Source of the DNA: Candidatus Parcubacteria bacterium
GTDB taxonomy: Bacteria; Patescibacteriota; Minisyncoccia; Phycocordibacterales; JAKAEA01
DNA: 64,000 bases
Reading direction: 5' to 3'
Assembly (NCBI GenBank): GCA_963806325.1
Contig: CAWDXL010000002.1
Coordinates: forward strand, 64,250-128,249
Part shown: positions 50,864-61,851 of the stretch, one piece after another
Layout of the letters: each line of letters starts with the position of its first letter
How positions within the stretch are numbered: position 1 is the stretch's first letter
Notes under the pieces: model-generated
Databases searched by the model: none
Seen by the model: only the letters and a program-made list of their open reading frames with translations
Told to the model about the DNA's origin: nothing
Position numbers and translations under genes: made by a program

Positions 50864-51511
50864 ATGTTACATGGTATTGTTCCGACGATTACTAGCGGTC
50901 AAATGAAGGACCTTGCCTCTGCTCTCGTTCAGGCTATACCTAGCGATCTTCCGAGTCAGCGAGCCCAATGGCTTATACAGAACAAAGGGAAAATTCAGAG
51001 GGCCTTGAGAGAGTTTCTCGTTCCAACGGATCTGCAGGAACAAGGATCTGCTCTAATCGAAAAGGAAGTTTCTCTGGATACAATCGTTTGTGTTGAGCGA
51101 TCAGACCATTCTGTCTACCCATTCTGGGCGACAAATCCCTTGCATCCTGAACTGGAAACTGTTGGACCATCACATTATGACCTTGCACAGGTCCAACTTT
51201 ACGTCTACGAAAGTCATTGGAAAGGTGACAAACGAATGAAAGGCACCCAAGTCTACCAGCACCTCAAGGGAACCGATAGAATCAAAGATTGTCTCGATTT
51301 CCATGATGCCTTGCAAATCCAGAAGAAAGGTGTCGAGGTTTTTGATAGGCTCTTCAAAGGTAAGAAGCTGTTCTGCTGGAAGTCTGTCCAGAATGGCGCT
51401 TACCTAGAAGTTCCTTATGTTCAGTCTGATAACGGTAAGGTTGTTGTAGACTGGTGGAGAACTGTCAACAATTGGTACGAAGAGTACCCCGCGGCTCTTT
51501 TTCCGAGTTAG
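50864..51511 (+). CDS. Hypothetical protein
   Basis: About 215 aa from ATG 50864 (MLHGIVPTITSG...). The composition is clearly coding. I recognise no family. Confidence 0.5.
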   Translation: MLHGIVPTITSGQMKDLASALVQAIPSDLPSQRAQWLIQNKGKIQRALREFLVPTDLQEQGSALIEKEVSLDTIVCVERSDHSVYPFWATNPLHPELETVGPSHYDLAQVQLYVYESHWKGDKRMKGTQVYQHLKGTDRIKDCLDFHDALQIQKKGVEVFDRLFKGKKLFCWKSVQNGAYLEVPYVQSDNGKVVVDWWRTVNNWYEEYPAALFPS

Positions 51512-51703
51512 TTCTCAGTTAAAGTTCGAGAGAATAGCTAAAAACTCTCAGGCCTCGCTGCATTTCGCACGGGGTTTTTCTTTTACTTAAATTTCTGAAA
51601 CTCCTTTACATACTTAACCACCCGATTCCAATTCCATCCCCGGAGGGTCACCAAAGTTGACTAGGTATATATAATGTGCTACTGTATAGTTTGAAAGGAG
51701 TTT

Positions 51704-52111
51704 ATGGATTCCGAACAACTTCGGTATATAAAGCGTTTCGTTGAACGCTCAGTGTCAGGAATCATGATCATCGTGTGCAATGATGTAGAACTTGAAAATA
51801 TTTCTGCATTGCTGCGTCTTGAGATTCAGACTCTTCAAAGGGTATCACTCCCTGCGGATTGTCAGAGTTTCTATGAAGAAATAGGACACCAAGTGAATCT
51901 AGGAGATACAGCTCCACTGCTTATTTCTGGTTTAGAGAAGACGATTATATCTTCGGATTACCATCCTCTTCTCCAAAACATCAACTTGGGTAGGAAATAT
52001 CTTGCTGATATGAGAAGGCTGTCAATCCTTCTTGTGCCAGAATACCTGCTTCCATTGATTGGACGCTATGCACCTGATTTTCGAGACTGGGCAGATGTAC
52101 AAAATCTGTAG
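51704..52111 (+). CDS. Hypothetical protein
   Basis: A 135-aa ORF with an SD-like aaggag 8 nt upstream. Confidence 0.5.
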   Translation: MDSEQLRYIKRFVERSVSGIMIIVCNDVELENISALLRLEIQTLQRVSLPADCQSFYEEIGHQVNLGDTAPLLISGLEKTIISSDYHPLLQNINLGRKYLADMRRLSILLVPEYLLPLIGRYAPDFRDWADVQNL

Positions 52112-52114
52112 CAG

Positions 52115-52145
52115 CCGCTTCAAAGGTATGAAGCGGTTTTCTTTT
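52115..52145 (+). terminator. Rho-independent terminator
   Basis: ccgcttc-aaaggtat-gaagcgg followed by ttttctttt. Confidence 0.6.
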
Positions 52146-52277
52146 ACCTAAGTTTCCGATTCCGATTATTTAATTATCTAAGCATTCAATTATGATTTCA
52201 TTTCCTAAAGATTGTTTGTGAACACTGTGAACATCTAATTAGTATCAGTGTTAGTTTTACTGTAGAGTTAGGGACGT

Positions 52278-54536
52278 ATGAATCTATTAAAAAAATTGTT
52301 TGCTGGCATGAGCGTCATTCTTGTTTTTGCAATTTCATTTGGTGCGACACTCGGATTTATTGGCTACAACTACATTAATAGTCAGCAGCTGGCAGCAGCA
52401 GATGGTATCCTTGTAAAAGGAACTGAATGTCCATACGCAATCATATGGATAGGGGGTACAGGTTCGTCGGCGGGAGATTCCATGTCGCAGTGGATCATAA
52501 ACACGTTTGGTTCCGAAACATATATTCCTCTTGCCAACGGCGGAGGCAACAATGCTGTTGATCCAGCGGTTATACAAAATATTAAAACAACGATTGCTGC
52601 AGATTTAAACCAGGGTCACAAGGTGCTGCTTATCGGTCATTCTCTCGGTGCCGTTATTTCAGAGGAGGTTGGTGGGCAGTACAGCAGCGATGATGTCACT
52701 GTGATCCCCGTCGACCCTCCGACGTGGAGCGGGCTCGTGGGTAGCCGTATTGGGCAAACGCTGGCAAATAATATTCCCCTTATTTCAGATTTTAATAAGC
52801 TTGTAGCAGGGGCTATTGCAAATAATATTAGTAAAATTACGTCTGAAGAAAAGGTTATAAACGCAAATCCGCTATATATAAATTGGACGAAGGGGATGGC
52901 ACAGCCGAGCTTGTTGCATGATCCTTTTGATTCTCTCAATGATCCGACCGCTCTTGCGGAATTAACCTCATTAAAGTCGGAGATTGTTGCTGCAATAAAT
53001 AATTGTATAGCTATAAGGGTATTGCATACCGATGGAAGTCTTGCAAAAAGTTACCCGGTCAAAGTTGCCTCCATGACAGGTGGTCAGGCAGAAAAAAATA
53101 ATACCGATTCAAATGGAATAGCGTCATTTATATTTCCCAGTCTAACGAATGATGAATATTTTATTTCAGGGGAAGGTACCCCAACGGAAAATGAATTGTC
53201 GCCAAACTCAATTGATACCGGAACTCTCCCCGTTACTAATTTGTATACGTTGCAATTGAAGCCTGTCGTGAATATTACTTCCGTCTCCCTCACCCGCACC
53301 CCTCTCGACAACTCGGCAGGTGTCATGTCAGTCATCAGCTGGAAGACTAAAGGATTTGATCCGAATGAGACGGTAAATATAGACTTAACAGATACAAATG
53401 GTAATAGTCTCAGGAATATCGCTCAAAACATTCCATACAACAACACATATTCATGGTCATCAGATCTTTCTATTCCCTCAGGACAGTACAAGATTGTTAT
53501 TTCATCAGCAACAGTCGAAGATCCCAACACGATCATTAGAGGCTTTAGCCCCGTCTTTACTTTAAAGACAAGTGGCATGCCAGCCTTCAAAATTTCCAAC
53601 AATCTTGTACCACCAGCCTCTGGGGCAGCCTGTGTCACCAACTCTCCCTTCACCATTACCCTAAGCACTGTTGATCCTTCTACCGGCAAGCCGGAATCAT
53701 TGCCGAAAGGAGATACCTACAGTGCGGTAATCTATCTTGAGAGTACGCCACTACCAGCTGTTACCAGTTCAGCTCAATCAAAAACAATAAATGCTACCTT
53801 AACCACCAACTCCTCAGGAGCCATTATTAATGGTGTCACCCTTCCTTTCGGCCCTCAAAACATGAGTGCCAATATCACCGTGAAAGACGCTAACGGTAAT
53901 CCCGTTGGAGGAACCTACTATTCCAACAATATTCAGCCGTTTATGACGGTGGGGACGTGTGTAAATGTTGCTCCCACCTTTATACTGATCGGCACATTGT
54001 TTAATTCTCCATCAAACCAATGTTTGCAAAATAATTATCCGGTCACCGCAATAGTTTCATCCCCAAAACCAATAACTGGTCTATACACCTACACAGCATT
54101 ATTATTTGTTGACGATAGAAATCTTGAAACTTTAAGCAGTACCTCACCGACCATTACCTTCAATGCATTTGAAAAAAACTTGTCAAATTCAGCCTCAATC
54201 CTCTTGACGCTGAAAGGTACGACAATCGAAAAGGTTCTTACGGTCGGTTCACACCAGGTTTATGCCCGAGTAATTATGAGAGATCGCACAGATGGAACTG
54301 CGGTCACCTATACCACTAACACCCAAAGCATATCAATTATTGCACCGCCTGCAGGCAGCCCAAGCTGTAATCCGCCGCCGACTGAATATATTATTGTTCC
54401 ACCGCCAGGACTTGGTGGTAGTGAGGGTGATGGAAATAACTACCAGCCTACTGATTCTATTTCGTGTTGGGATAATCCCAATATGGATAGTTTTGAGTGC
54501 GATTTGGAAGAAGAAGTGGGCAGTGGAAATACGTGA
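52278..54536 (+). CDS. Secreted alpha/beta-hydrolase (lipase-like GHSLG) with Ig-like/beta-sandwich repeats
   Basis: 752 aa with an N-terminal TM/signal, VLLIGHSLGAV and a long beta-rich C-terminal region. Confidence 0.65.
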   Translation: MNLLKKLFAGMSVILVFAISFGATLGFIGYNYINSQQLAAADGILVKGTECPYAIIWIGGTGSSAGDSMSQWIINTFGSETYIPLANGGGNNAVDPAVIQNIKTTIAADLNQGHKVLLIGHSLGAVISEEVGGQYSSDDVTVIPVDPPTWSGLVGSRIGQTLANNIPLISDFNKLVAGAIANNISKITSEEKVINANPLYINWTKGMAQPSLLHDPFDSLNDPTALAELTSLKSEIVAAINNCIAIRVLHTDGSLAKSYPVKVASMTGGQAEKNNTDSNGIASFIFPSLTNDEYFISGEGTPTENELSPNSIDTGTLPVTNLYTLQLKPVVNITSVSLTRTPLDNSAGVMSVISWKTKGFDPNETVNIDLTDTNGNSLRNIAQNIPYNNTYSWSSDLSIPSGQYKIVISSATVEDPNTIIRGFSPVFTLKTSGMPAFKISNNLVPPASGAACVTNSPFTITLSTVDPSTGKPESLPKGDTYSAVIYLESTPLPAVTSSAQSKTINATLTTNSSGAIINGVTLPFGPQNMSANITVKDANGNPVGGTYYSNNIQPFMTVGTCVNVAPTFILIGTLFNSPSNQCLQNNYPVTAIVSSPKPITGLYTYTALLFVDDRNLETLSSTSPTITFNAFEKNLSNSASILLTLKGTTIEKVLTVGSHQVYARVIMRDRTDGTAVTYTTNTQSISIIAPPAGSPSCNPPPTEYIIVPPPGLGGSEGDGNNYQPTDSISCWDNPNMDSFECDLEEEVGSGNT

Positions 54537-55188
54537 TTAATAAACTTTCTAAGCATACTATTCTGAGTGCAGAACAAACTAATCCAGACAATCATTTGTT
54601 TTTTAGAACAGTGCCAAATTTTCATGGCAGAATCATTCACCGTCATGTTTTTGGCGTGGTAAATTCAAGGATCTCTTTCCGTTATTCTTATTCTGGCAGT
54701 ACTGACTGGAATACTCATCTGCTTACTTTTTTCATTGCCGAAAGTTATTCACATTATTTTGCAAGTGCTGTCGCGGGAGCTCGCCAGTGGCGGACCACGT
54801 ACATGAGAATATCTTGTTTCTCATTAGATTTTACTTTCTCTACGAAAGCTGTATCATAATTATCAACATGAAAATCTGCAAAGTATCATTGCGACCCCTC
54901 ATTCTTCACAACGGTATTTATGGTGCGTTGCATCCTGATAAAAGCTAGATGTCGGTTTCTTGTCTCTGTAAAAACCGCCTCAACTTATTACTAAGCTAGT
55001 TTTTATCAATCCTTTTTAATCGTATCTTTATGAAAGCAGCATATGCTGTAGCAATACTCATCGTGTGGTGGGTATTAGAAGTGCGGGGATATACTCACAT
55101 GCATCCAGCTATCAATCTATTACTTATCCCGGCTGTTATCCTTGTTCTTGCTGATCTTACAAAATTAGTCGGTCATACAAACCTCGAT

Positions 55189-55929
55189 TCATTTTGAAAG
55201 TTCTTCCAACAAGTCTCTATAGCCGTCGATAGTCAAATGCCATGCTCCTGGTTTAAACGGATTATCAAGGTCATCAACAACAATAATCAATGTAAATGCC
55301 AAAAGGCTGATTGAGGAGGTAAAAATATAGTCTAAATAAATATTATTTACTGCCACGAAGAGCGACAAGAAAATGAAAAGTATGTCAGCTAAGATGACAA
55401 TTCGTTTAAGGATGCTTGGCATGTGCTCGTTGCTAAAATTAAGACGCTGATTGCGTGCTTCTATCAGGCTTGCAAATGAGTCTTGAAGCTGATCTCCGAG
55501 ACTGCTCATAGAGAGTGTCATTTTCATGATGACATTGCGCAGATTATCAAGCTCGATATCAGCCTCAGAGCTTCTCTTTTTATCTTCGCCGTTCCACCAA
55601 TGCAAAACTATGAAGTTGAGATACTTCTTGAGATATGCATGAGCTTCTTCGCAGAGGGACTTTTCAGCATATGCACTCCACTTCCACATTTCTCGAATTG
55701 TGTCTATTTCTGTGCGTACAGAATTTGAAAGGTTTGTCCATATTTCCCATTCTCGCTGGATGACGAAGGCAACAATAAGGCCGAAGATAAGCCCGTCTGC
55801 TGAATAGAATCCCGCCAGCCCGTTTTGGGTTGAGCGCGAGATGACTGATTCAAAGTGCTCATGCAGGACCCAAAATATCAGCGTAAATGGTACAAAAAAA
55901 AGAGATACTCGCTTAATCATCGATATCAT
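55189..55929 (-). CDS. DUF4239-like membrane protein
   Basis: 246 aa with N- and C-terminal TM pairs. The FGLIVAFVIQREWEIW...EIDTIREMW pattern fits the family. Confidence 0.5.
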   Translation of the reverse strand: MISMIKRVSLFFVPFTLIFWVLHEHFESVISRSTQNGLAGFYSADGLIFGLIVAFVIQREWEIWTNLSNSVRTEIDTIREMWKWSAYAEKSLCEEAHAYLKKYLNFIVLHWWNGEDKKRSSEADIELDNLRNVIMKMTLSMSSLGDQLQDSFASLIEARNQRLNFSNEHMPSILKRIVILADILFIFLSLFVAVNNIYLDYIFTSSISLLAFTLIIVVDDLDNPFKPGAWHLTIDGYRDLLEELSK

Positions 55930-56163
55930 GTTGCTATCATAGCATATATTATTTCAGTGACGGTATGAGTCCTATCTGTTTCCAGGGTGATTTGACAAAA
56001 ATTTCAAAATCATAATTTTGTATGGCAAAAATCTGTGATCATATAAAATAATTTGATTAATTTTAACAAGGTGCTGTTTTCTTTTCCAACTTGCGTTATA
56101 ATAGCTAAGCGTGGGTTTGAGTGTAGGAGCGAATTATTATATAAATCTTAAAATTATATAGCT

Positions 56164-56458
56164 ATGTCAAAAAAGGCAATTGTCTGGATAATTGTGATTG
56201 TGGTGGTTGTTGGTCTTGGTGTGTGGTGGTATACAAGCAGGCAGTCTTCGCCTGCGCCGTTTGCAAATGATACGCTCAACTCGCAGACAGCGGGCGGACA
56301 AGGTACTCCGACGGCCTCGTCCAGCAATTCACGGTTTCTGCTACAAATACGTCTGATGCAGCGCTCAATCAAGACATGGGCAATGTCGATGCTCAAATAA
56401 ATGGCCTCAATTCAGATAATGCAAGTGCTGATCAAGGATTAAGCAGTCAAAATCAATA
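56164..56458 (+). CDS. Small TM-anchored protein; frameshift near 56330
   Basis: MSKKAIVWIIVIVVVVGLGVWWY..., then in another frame VSATNTSDAALNQDMGNVDAQINGLNSDNASADQGLSSQNQ*. Confidence 0.5.
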
Positions 56459-56483
56459 GCAGCTCATTAATATATAACTCACT

Positions 56484-57305
56484 ATGAATACCAAAAAAGT
56501 TACTGCACCTATAATTTCTCTCGCAGTTCTTGCATTGCTTGTAGGAGGCAGTGCAGTCGTTCCTACGCGTGCTCTGGCAGTGGGAGTAAACGCTTCTGCG
56601 ACCGTCGGGGCGGGAGGTGTAAAAGCCCAGGCAAATATGGCAGCTCGCTTGTCGGCAATAATTACTCGAAGTGATACTGCAATTACTGCCAGAATTACAG
56701 CGCTCAACAATTTGAATAGTCGTGTTCAGGCAATGAAAAATGTTTCTGCTGCAGACAAGACTGCGCTCTCAACTGAAATACAGACCAATATTTCAGGACT
56801 TACATCTTTAAAGACAAAAATTGATGCTGATACAGACGCAACAGTAGCTCTTACGGATGCTAAAACAATCACTGCCTCGTATCGTATTTATGCTCTGGTT
56901 ATTCCGCAGGGGTATATCGAGGCTTCATCGGATCGGGTACAGACAATCACTGGAATGCTAACGACTGTCAGTGCCAAGCTTCAATCAAGAATTTCAACAG
57001 ATCAGTCGGCCGGTCAGAATGTGACGGCTCTTCAGGCTTCACTCTCTGATTTGAATGCAAAAGTGGCCGATGCCAATACCCAAGCTCAGAATGCTGAGGC
57101 AGGCATTGCGTCTCTCGTTCCTGATCAGGGGAATACAACAGTAGCTGCTTCAAATAAAACCGCGCTCGTGGCTGCACGTGCAGATATTAAAACAGCCACA
57201 ACAGATATTAAAACAGCGGACGCGGATGCAAAAAGTATTATTCAAGGCCTCAAAGCATTCAATAGCAGTGCTTCTGTGACTGCAAGTACGACGGTCAATC
57301 AATAA
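56484..57305 (+). CDS. Secreted alpha-helical protein
   Basis: 273 aa with a signal peptide and Ala/Thr/Gln-rich helical repeats. Confidence 0.6.
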   Translation: MNTKKVTAPIISLAVLALLVGGSAVVPTRALAVGVNASATVGAGGVKAQANMAARLSAIITRSDTAITARITALNNLNSRVQAMKNVSAADKTALSTEIQTNISGLTSLKTKIDADTDATVALTDAKTITASYRIYALVIPQGYIEASSDRVQTITGMLTTVSAKLQSRISTDQSAGQNVTALQASLSDLNAKVADANTQAQNAEAGIASLVPDQGNTTVAASNKTALVAARADIKTATTDIKTADADAKSIIQGLKAFNSSASVTASTTVNQ

Positions 57306-57322
57306 TTTAAATCGAATGAAAC

Positions 57323-57360
57323 AAAAATCGCCCGGCATATATCGGGCGATTTTTGTTTTA
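57323..57360 (+). terminator. Rho-independent terminator
   Basis: atcgcccg-gcatatat-cgggcgat followed by ttttgtttt. Confidence 0.75.
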
Positions 57361-57421
57361 TTGCTCTAGCTAATGGTTGAATTTTGTGGCAACCTTACTG
57401 ATATCTACTTAATAATCTACT

Positions 57422-58195
57422 ATGAAAAAATATTTAACCCTTGGATTACTCCTCTCCGTGATAGTGTTAGCTTCTCTTTTTATTCAGCCACCGCAAACAT
57501 CTGCACAGATTGATAACAATCAGTGCATTATCCTTACGAATAATCTTGCGTATGGATCTCAAGATATATCTGTGAGCGGTTCTGTATCTACACTACAAAA
57601 CTACCTCAGCACCTTAGGTTATTTTACATCGCAACCAACAGGTTATTTCGGCTCTATTACGCGTACTGCGGTAGAAAAATATCAGGCCGCATATAGTATC
57701 ACTGCCACGGGTTTTGTCGGTCCGCTTACTCGCGCTTATATAAAAACAAGTACGTGCGGAAATACTGCTCCAATTACCGGTAATCCCACAGGCTGTTTGC
57801 TAGGCAATATCTACAATACAGCAACGGGAGTGCTGTGTACTGCACCTGCAACATCTGCTTCACCGGTGATTAGCCAATTGTCACCATCATCCGGTCCATT
57901 AGGTACAACGGTCATAATTACTGGCAGTGGTTTCAGTAGTTTGACAGCAGGCACTACTACGATCGTGTTTGATGGTGTTGATGCCGGTGCTGCGGCCACT
58001 GCCTCCAATATAAAATTGTCTTTTGTTGTTCCGGTCTATCAGCCAGGATATTGCTCTCAGTTACCGTCAAATGGTGGCGCGAATATACAAACTTTGTGTG
58101 ATCCAATTCCGCAAGTTGCTCAAGGCAGTCACACAATTGCAATTCAGACTTCGGGTGGCACAAGCAATACCGCTATATTTACCGTAACAAATTAA
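57422..58195 (+). CDS. Secreted protein with a PG-binding-like domain and an IPT/TIG-like domain
   Basis: A signal peptide, LQNYLSTLGYFTSQPTGYFG...GFVGPLT and PVISQLSPSSGPLGTTVIITGSGF. Confidence 0.65.
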   Translation: MKKYLTLGLLLSVIVLASLFIQPPQTSAQIDNNQCIILTNNLAYGSQDISVSGSVSTLQNYLSTLGYFTSQPTGYFGSITRTAVEKYQAAYSITATGFVGPLTRAYIKTSTCGNTAPITGNPTGCLLGNIYNTATGVLCTAPATSASPVISQLSPSSGPLGTTVIITGSGFSSLTAGTTTIVFDGVDAGAAATASNIKLSFVVPVYQPGYCSQLPSNGGANIQTLCDPIPQVAQGSHTIAIQTSGGTSNTAIFTVTN

Positions 58196-58304
58196 TCTCA
58201 GCAAATTTCTCGTTTGCAAGAATGTGGCAGTGCGGCTCCGCTTGCTTTTGATTATTACTCTATTACTATGTTATAATGCAGCAATTGTTATTTAATGTAA
58301 TAGT

Positions 58305-58796
58305 ATGAAAAAAGCACCAATTCCGCAGGATGAAAAAGCGAGAATGGAGGCCGTTCATCGACTGGCAATTTTGTATACGAAGCCTGAAAAACGCTTTGAT
58401 CGCATCACAAAAGAGGCTATTGAAAAATTAAATGTGCCAATATCTACATTGGCAATATTGGATTCAGACAGAGAATGGTATAAATCATGCCAGGGCCTTA
58501 CTGCAAAAGAAGGAGATCGAGCCGCATCATTTTGCGGGCATGCCCTCCTCGTAAAAAATCTTTTTATTGTTGAAGATACACTCAAAGATGATCGATTTAA
58601 GGACAACCCAATGGTTGTTGGAGAGCCGTTCATCCGATTTTATGCGGGCATGGCTCTTTTTGATTATAAAACGGCGCAGCCGGTGGGAGTATTTTGCATA
58701 AAAGACACCAAGCCAAGAACCTTTCATCTCAAGGAGGTTGGTATTTTAACTGCCCTAGCAGACCGTGCTGAAAAGGAAATTAATACATACCTCTAA
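58305..58796 (+). CDS. GAF domain protein
   Basis: 163 aa: DEKARMEAVHRL...RFDRITKEA...FCGHALL...VEDTLKDDRFKDNP...FYAGMAL. Confidence 0.75.
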   Translation: MKKAPIPQDEKARMEAVHRLAILYTKPEKRFDRITKEAIEKLNVPISTLAILDSDREWYKSCQGLTAKEGDRAASFCGHALLVKNLFIVEDTLKDDRFKDNPMVVGEPFIRFYAGMALFDYKTAQPVGVFCIKDTKPRTFHLKEVGILTALADRAEKEINTYL

Positions 58797-58804
58797 AATT
58801 TAAT

Positions 58805-59026
58805 GTGTATATAAAAGTCAGAGTATCAGCCGGAACAAAACAGGAAAAAATACAGCCTATATCAAAAGACCATTTTGATATATTTGTGCGGGAAAAAGCT
58901 GAAAGAAATATGGCGAATCGCAGAGTCGTTGAAATGATTGCGCGCCACTACAAGCTTCCTGTGGGGAAAATTAGAATCATAAGCGGTCATCATTCTGGCA
59001 GCAAGATTCTATCGGTTGATGTATAA
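58805..59026 (+). CDS. DUF167 (YggU) family protein
   Basis: 73 aa with a GTG start: IKVRVSAGTKQEKI...ANRRVVEMIARHYKLPVGKIRIISGHHSGSKI. Confidence 0.7.
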   Translation: MYIKVRVSAGTKQEKIQPISKDHFDIFVREKAERNMANRRVVEMIARHYKLPVGKIRIISGHHSGSKILSVDV

Positions 59027-59054
59027 CACCTATATTGTTTCTATGAAAAAATAG

Positions 59055-60514
59055 CTAGTCTTGTTTTGGTGTCCCAATATTCTTTTGAAATACAACGCCT
59101 CTAGCTTCTCGCAAAAGAGGTTCATGTAAGAGTTTGAGCATGATGAAATACACGGCAATACTTGCCGGCACATTAATAATGACGCTCACGTGTGTAATGA
59201 GTAGGAGTGTGGTAACTATTGCCATGAGTATACCGGCAAGCAATATCTTTTTTAATCGTGGCAATACTTCAAAATAATTTATTTTTTTCATAACGTACCA
59301 GAGATATGCATTGTTTAGGATTTGGGCGATAAGCGTGGCGATTGCTGATCCTGTGATGCCGAAATGGGGGATCAGTAACAGATCAAACGCAACGTTTGCC
59401 ACACCTCCAATAATCGATGCATTAATGAGTGTTTTTTGATGATCATAGGCGAAGATCGCGAGACTTATAACACCTCCCGGATAATCTGCGAGCATGCTGA
59501 GCATGAGAAGAGTGAGGGATAATCCGCCGGCAGCATAGGCAGCGCCAAATACGGTTTTCATTATTTCTGTGCCAAGAATTGCTCCGCCGAAAGCAATTGG
59601 AATTGAGACGCTGAAAATAACAGTGACTATCCGCTCAAACATGGCGCGGAATTTCTCACTGTTATGAGTGGCAAGCCGTGAAAGCAGGGGGAGTGTGCTG
59701 TATTGGATAATAACTGGAAAGAGATAGAGCACCTGAACGATTCTTACGGCGGCGGAATAGATGCCGACATCAGAAGCTGTGCGCATCCAGCTGATAATGA
59801 GAATATCGGTATTGGTAAGCAGAAGCCCCAGCGCACCCGTGACGGCAAATGGCCATGCCGAGCGCAGGATCGGTCCGACGAGCTCCGCTCTGAATTCAGA
59901 AAAAAGACTCTTTATATATGAGCGCAAAACCCACAGCGCCAAAAGCGCTCCAATGGTTGTGCCAAGAGCGTATGCCCATCCAAATGAAACTGCGGTTGGG
60001 AGATAATAAAGAGCAACAAAACCGAATATGACGATGCAAAGATTTGTAATCAAAAATATTGCTGCTTCACGCTCCATTTTTTCTTTTGCTCGGATAAAAG
60101 AAGAAAAAAATTCACGCAGCGTGTCGCCGATAATAATCAGAGCGACGATCGGCAGGAGAATTCGTGCGCCGGGCAGGGTACTAAAGAGTGGGCCAATCAA
60201 CAAGACAAAAAGCACCGTCGCACCAATGAGTATAAGCTTAATATAAAACGTGGTAGAAAGAAGTCTCATCGAATACCCCTCATCTTTTTTTGAGCCTTCC
60301 CTGATAAGCATTATATTGACTCCCGGGTCAGCAAAAAAAGTAAAGAAGCCTGCGAGCGTTACTGCATACGAAAAAACACCCCAGCCTGAGGGGTCAAGGA
60401 CGCGCACCGCATAAATAATAACAAGCGCTTTTAATAAGCGTCCGCATACATTAGAAATAGAAAGCCAAACCGTATTTTTTATCACTGTTTGGCCGTCTGT
60501 TGTATTTACAAACA
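59055..60514 (-). CDS. Oligosaccharide/lipid-linked flippase family protein (Wzx/MurJ-like); start uncertain
   Basis: A polytopic membrane protein. The conserved N-terminus begins near IKNTVWLSISNVCGRLLKAL. The track's extra roughly 80 N-terminal residues (to 60743) look non-coding. Confidence 0.7.
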
Positions 60515-60762
60515 AAAAATGAACGCAGGCTTTTAAACATGTGTTCACAATACCATATATTTCAGCAAGGGGAATATAATAGCTACTCGTTCTTTCATTT
60601 TTCGATACTATACTATCGTTATCTGGCTTATCTACAAAGAATACAAATGCATTACCTCTTGATAAGAAGATTCTGATCGTGGCGTCTCTGTAGCGGTGCT
60701 TATGCGCACCTTTTTCACATCCATTTTCGTATACCAAAGGCAAGGGCTCATTACATAAAATT

Positions 60763-61818
60763 ATGACGTTATTTTTTAAATATCATGCAAAAATCCTATT
60801 GAGGGGAACCCTCGTACTGTTTGCTGCCGCAGCCTTTTTAATTTTGTCTTTCGTGTCGGGTCTTGCTGTGTACGCGTCTACTGTTTCACTGCCGTTGCCC
60901 CAGCCTCTTTCATTTGGAACGGCTGTCGATGCAGGCAGTGGGAGTATTTCTTCAAATTGGTCGGGATATGTAGCGCAAAATCAAAATACGCAATATACGT
61001 CTGTGGCTGGTTCGTGGATTGTGCCGCAGGTTGCAACCACCCCATCCTTTCAGGCTGATGCGACATGGGTCGGTATTGGCGGGGTTTCAAGTTAAGACCT
61101 GATTCAGGTAGGAACTGAAACCATTATTTCAGCATCAGGTCAAGTTGTCTATCAAGCGTGGTATGAACTTTTGCCGCAGGCATCCGTCATTATTCCAGTC
61201 TCAATAAAAAGTGGTGATTCTGTAACAGTATCTCTTTCTGAAACATCCAAGAATGTCTGGCAAATTTCTTTTGAGGACAACACGACGGGCAAAAATTATA
61301 CAACAACGGTAAACTACTCTTCCTCGCTTTCTTCTTCGGAATGGATTGAAGAAATGCCAAGCACTGAAAATATGCTGGTGCCGCTCGATAATTTTGGCAG
61401 TGTAAACTTTACAAATGCTTCGACAGTGGCAAACGGAAGCTCGCTCACTATTGCATCTTCAGGTGCTACTGCGCTTAATATGCTCAATGATGATATTCAG
61501 GCTCTCGCCGTGCCATCAGGTCTTGGAAGTGATGGATCGAGTTTTACAGTGACGCGCACGCAAGCCTCCTCATCTGCAGCAAACAACACAGGATTTTTTG
61601 CAGGCACAATACCGACAGGCAGGAGAGCATGGCGCACAGGAGTGGGAATAAGAGATTTTAGTATACCCGTAGTTATCCAAAGTATTATCCCTCCGTCAGA
61701 TGATGACCAACTTGATCAACTGGGCCAGCCACCGCAGGGCCGTCTTGTCAGATCATTTAATATTGGAGGATTTAGTGTTCAAATATACCAAGCAAATCTT
61801 TTCAAGATCAAAAAATAG
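60763..61818 (+). pseudogene. Peptidase G1/A4 (eqolisin-like) family protein with an in-frame TAA at 61093-61095
   Basis: NWSGYVAQ...SWIVPQV...ATWVGIGGVSS*DLIQVGTE...YQAWYELLP are continuous in one frame across the stop. Confidence 0.65.
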
Positions 61819-61851
61819 TGTATAATAGACGTTTAATCCCCGTTTATTATT

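Larger units (their letters stand above)
25399..52200. mobile_element. Composite accessory/defence island downstream of tRNA-Glu (extent approximate)
   Basis: It starts right after a tRNA and holds two serine recombinases, phage-derived genes, R-M and nuclease genes. By eye it is more AT-rich than the core. I found no flanking direct repeat. Confidence 0.4.

Noticed and set aside
54497-54859. 120-aa ORF overlapping the end of the lipase-like gene.
   Set aside because: Its composition is implausible. A different frame shows a short TM-like peptide, but that is broken by a TAA, so no confident gene was called in 54.54-55.03 kb.
55030-55197. 55-aa hydrophobic ORF (MKAAYAVAILIVWWVLEV...).
   Set aside because: It may be a real small membrane protein. 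However, it overlaps the 3' end of the DUF4239 gene and has no supporting signal, so it is not listed as a feature.
60515-60743. The 80-aa N-terminal extension of the flippase ORF.
   Set aside because: The extension is not membrane-like and shows no conservation pattern. The conserved flippase N-terminus starts near IKNTVWL, with TTG or GTG candidates at 60514 and 60484.
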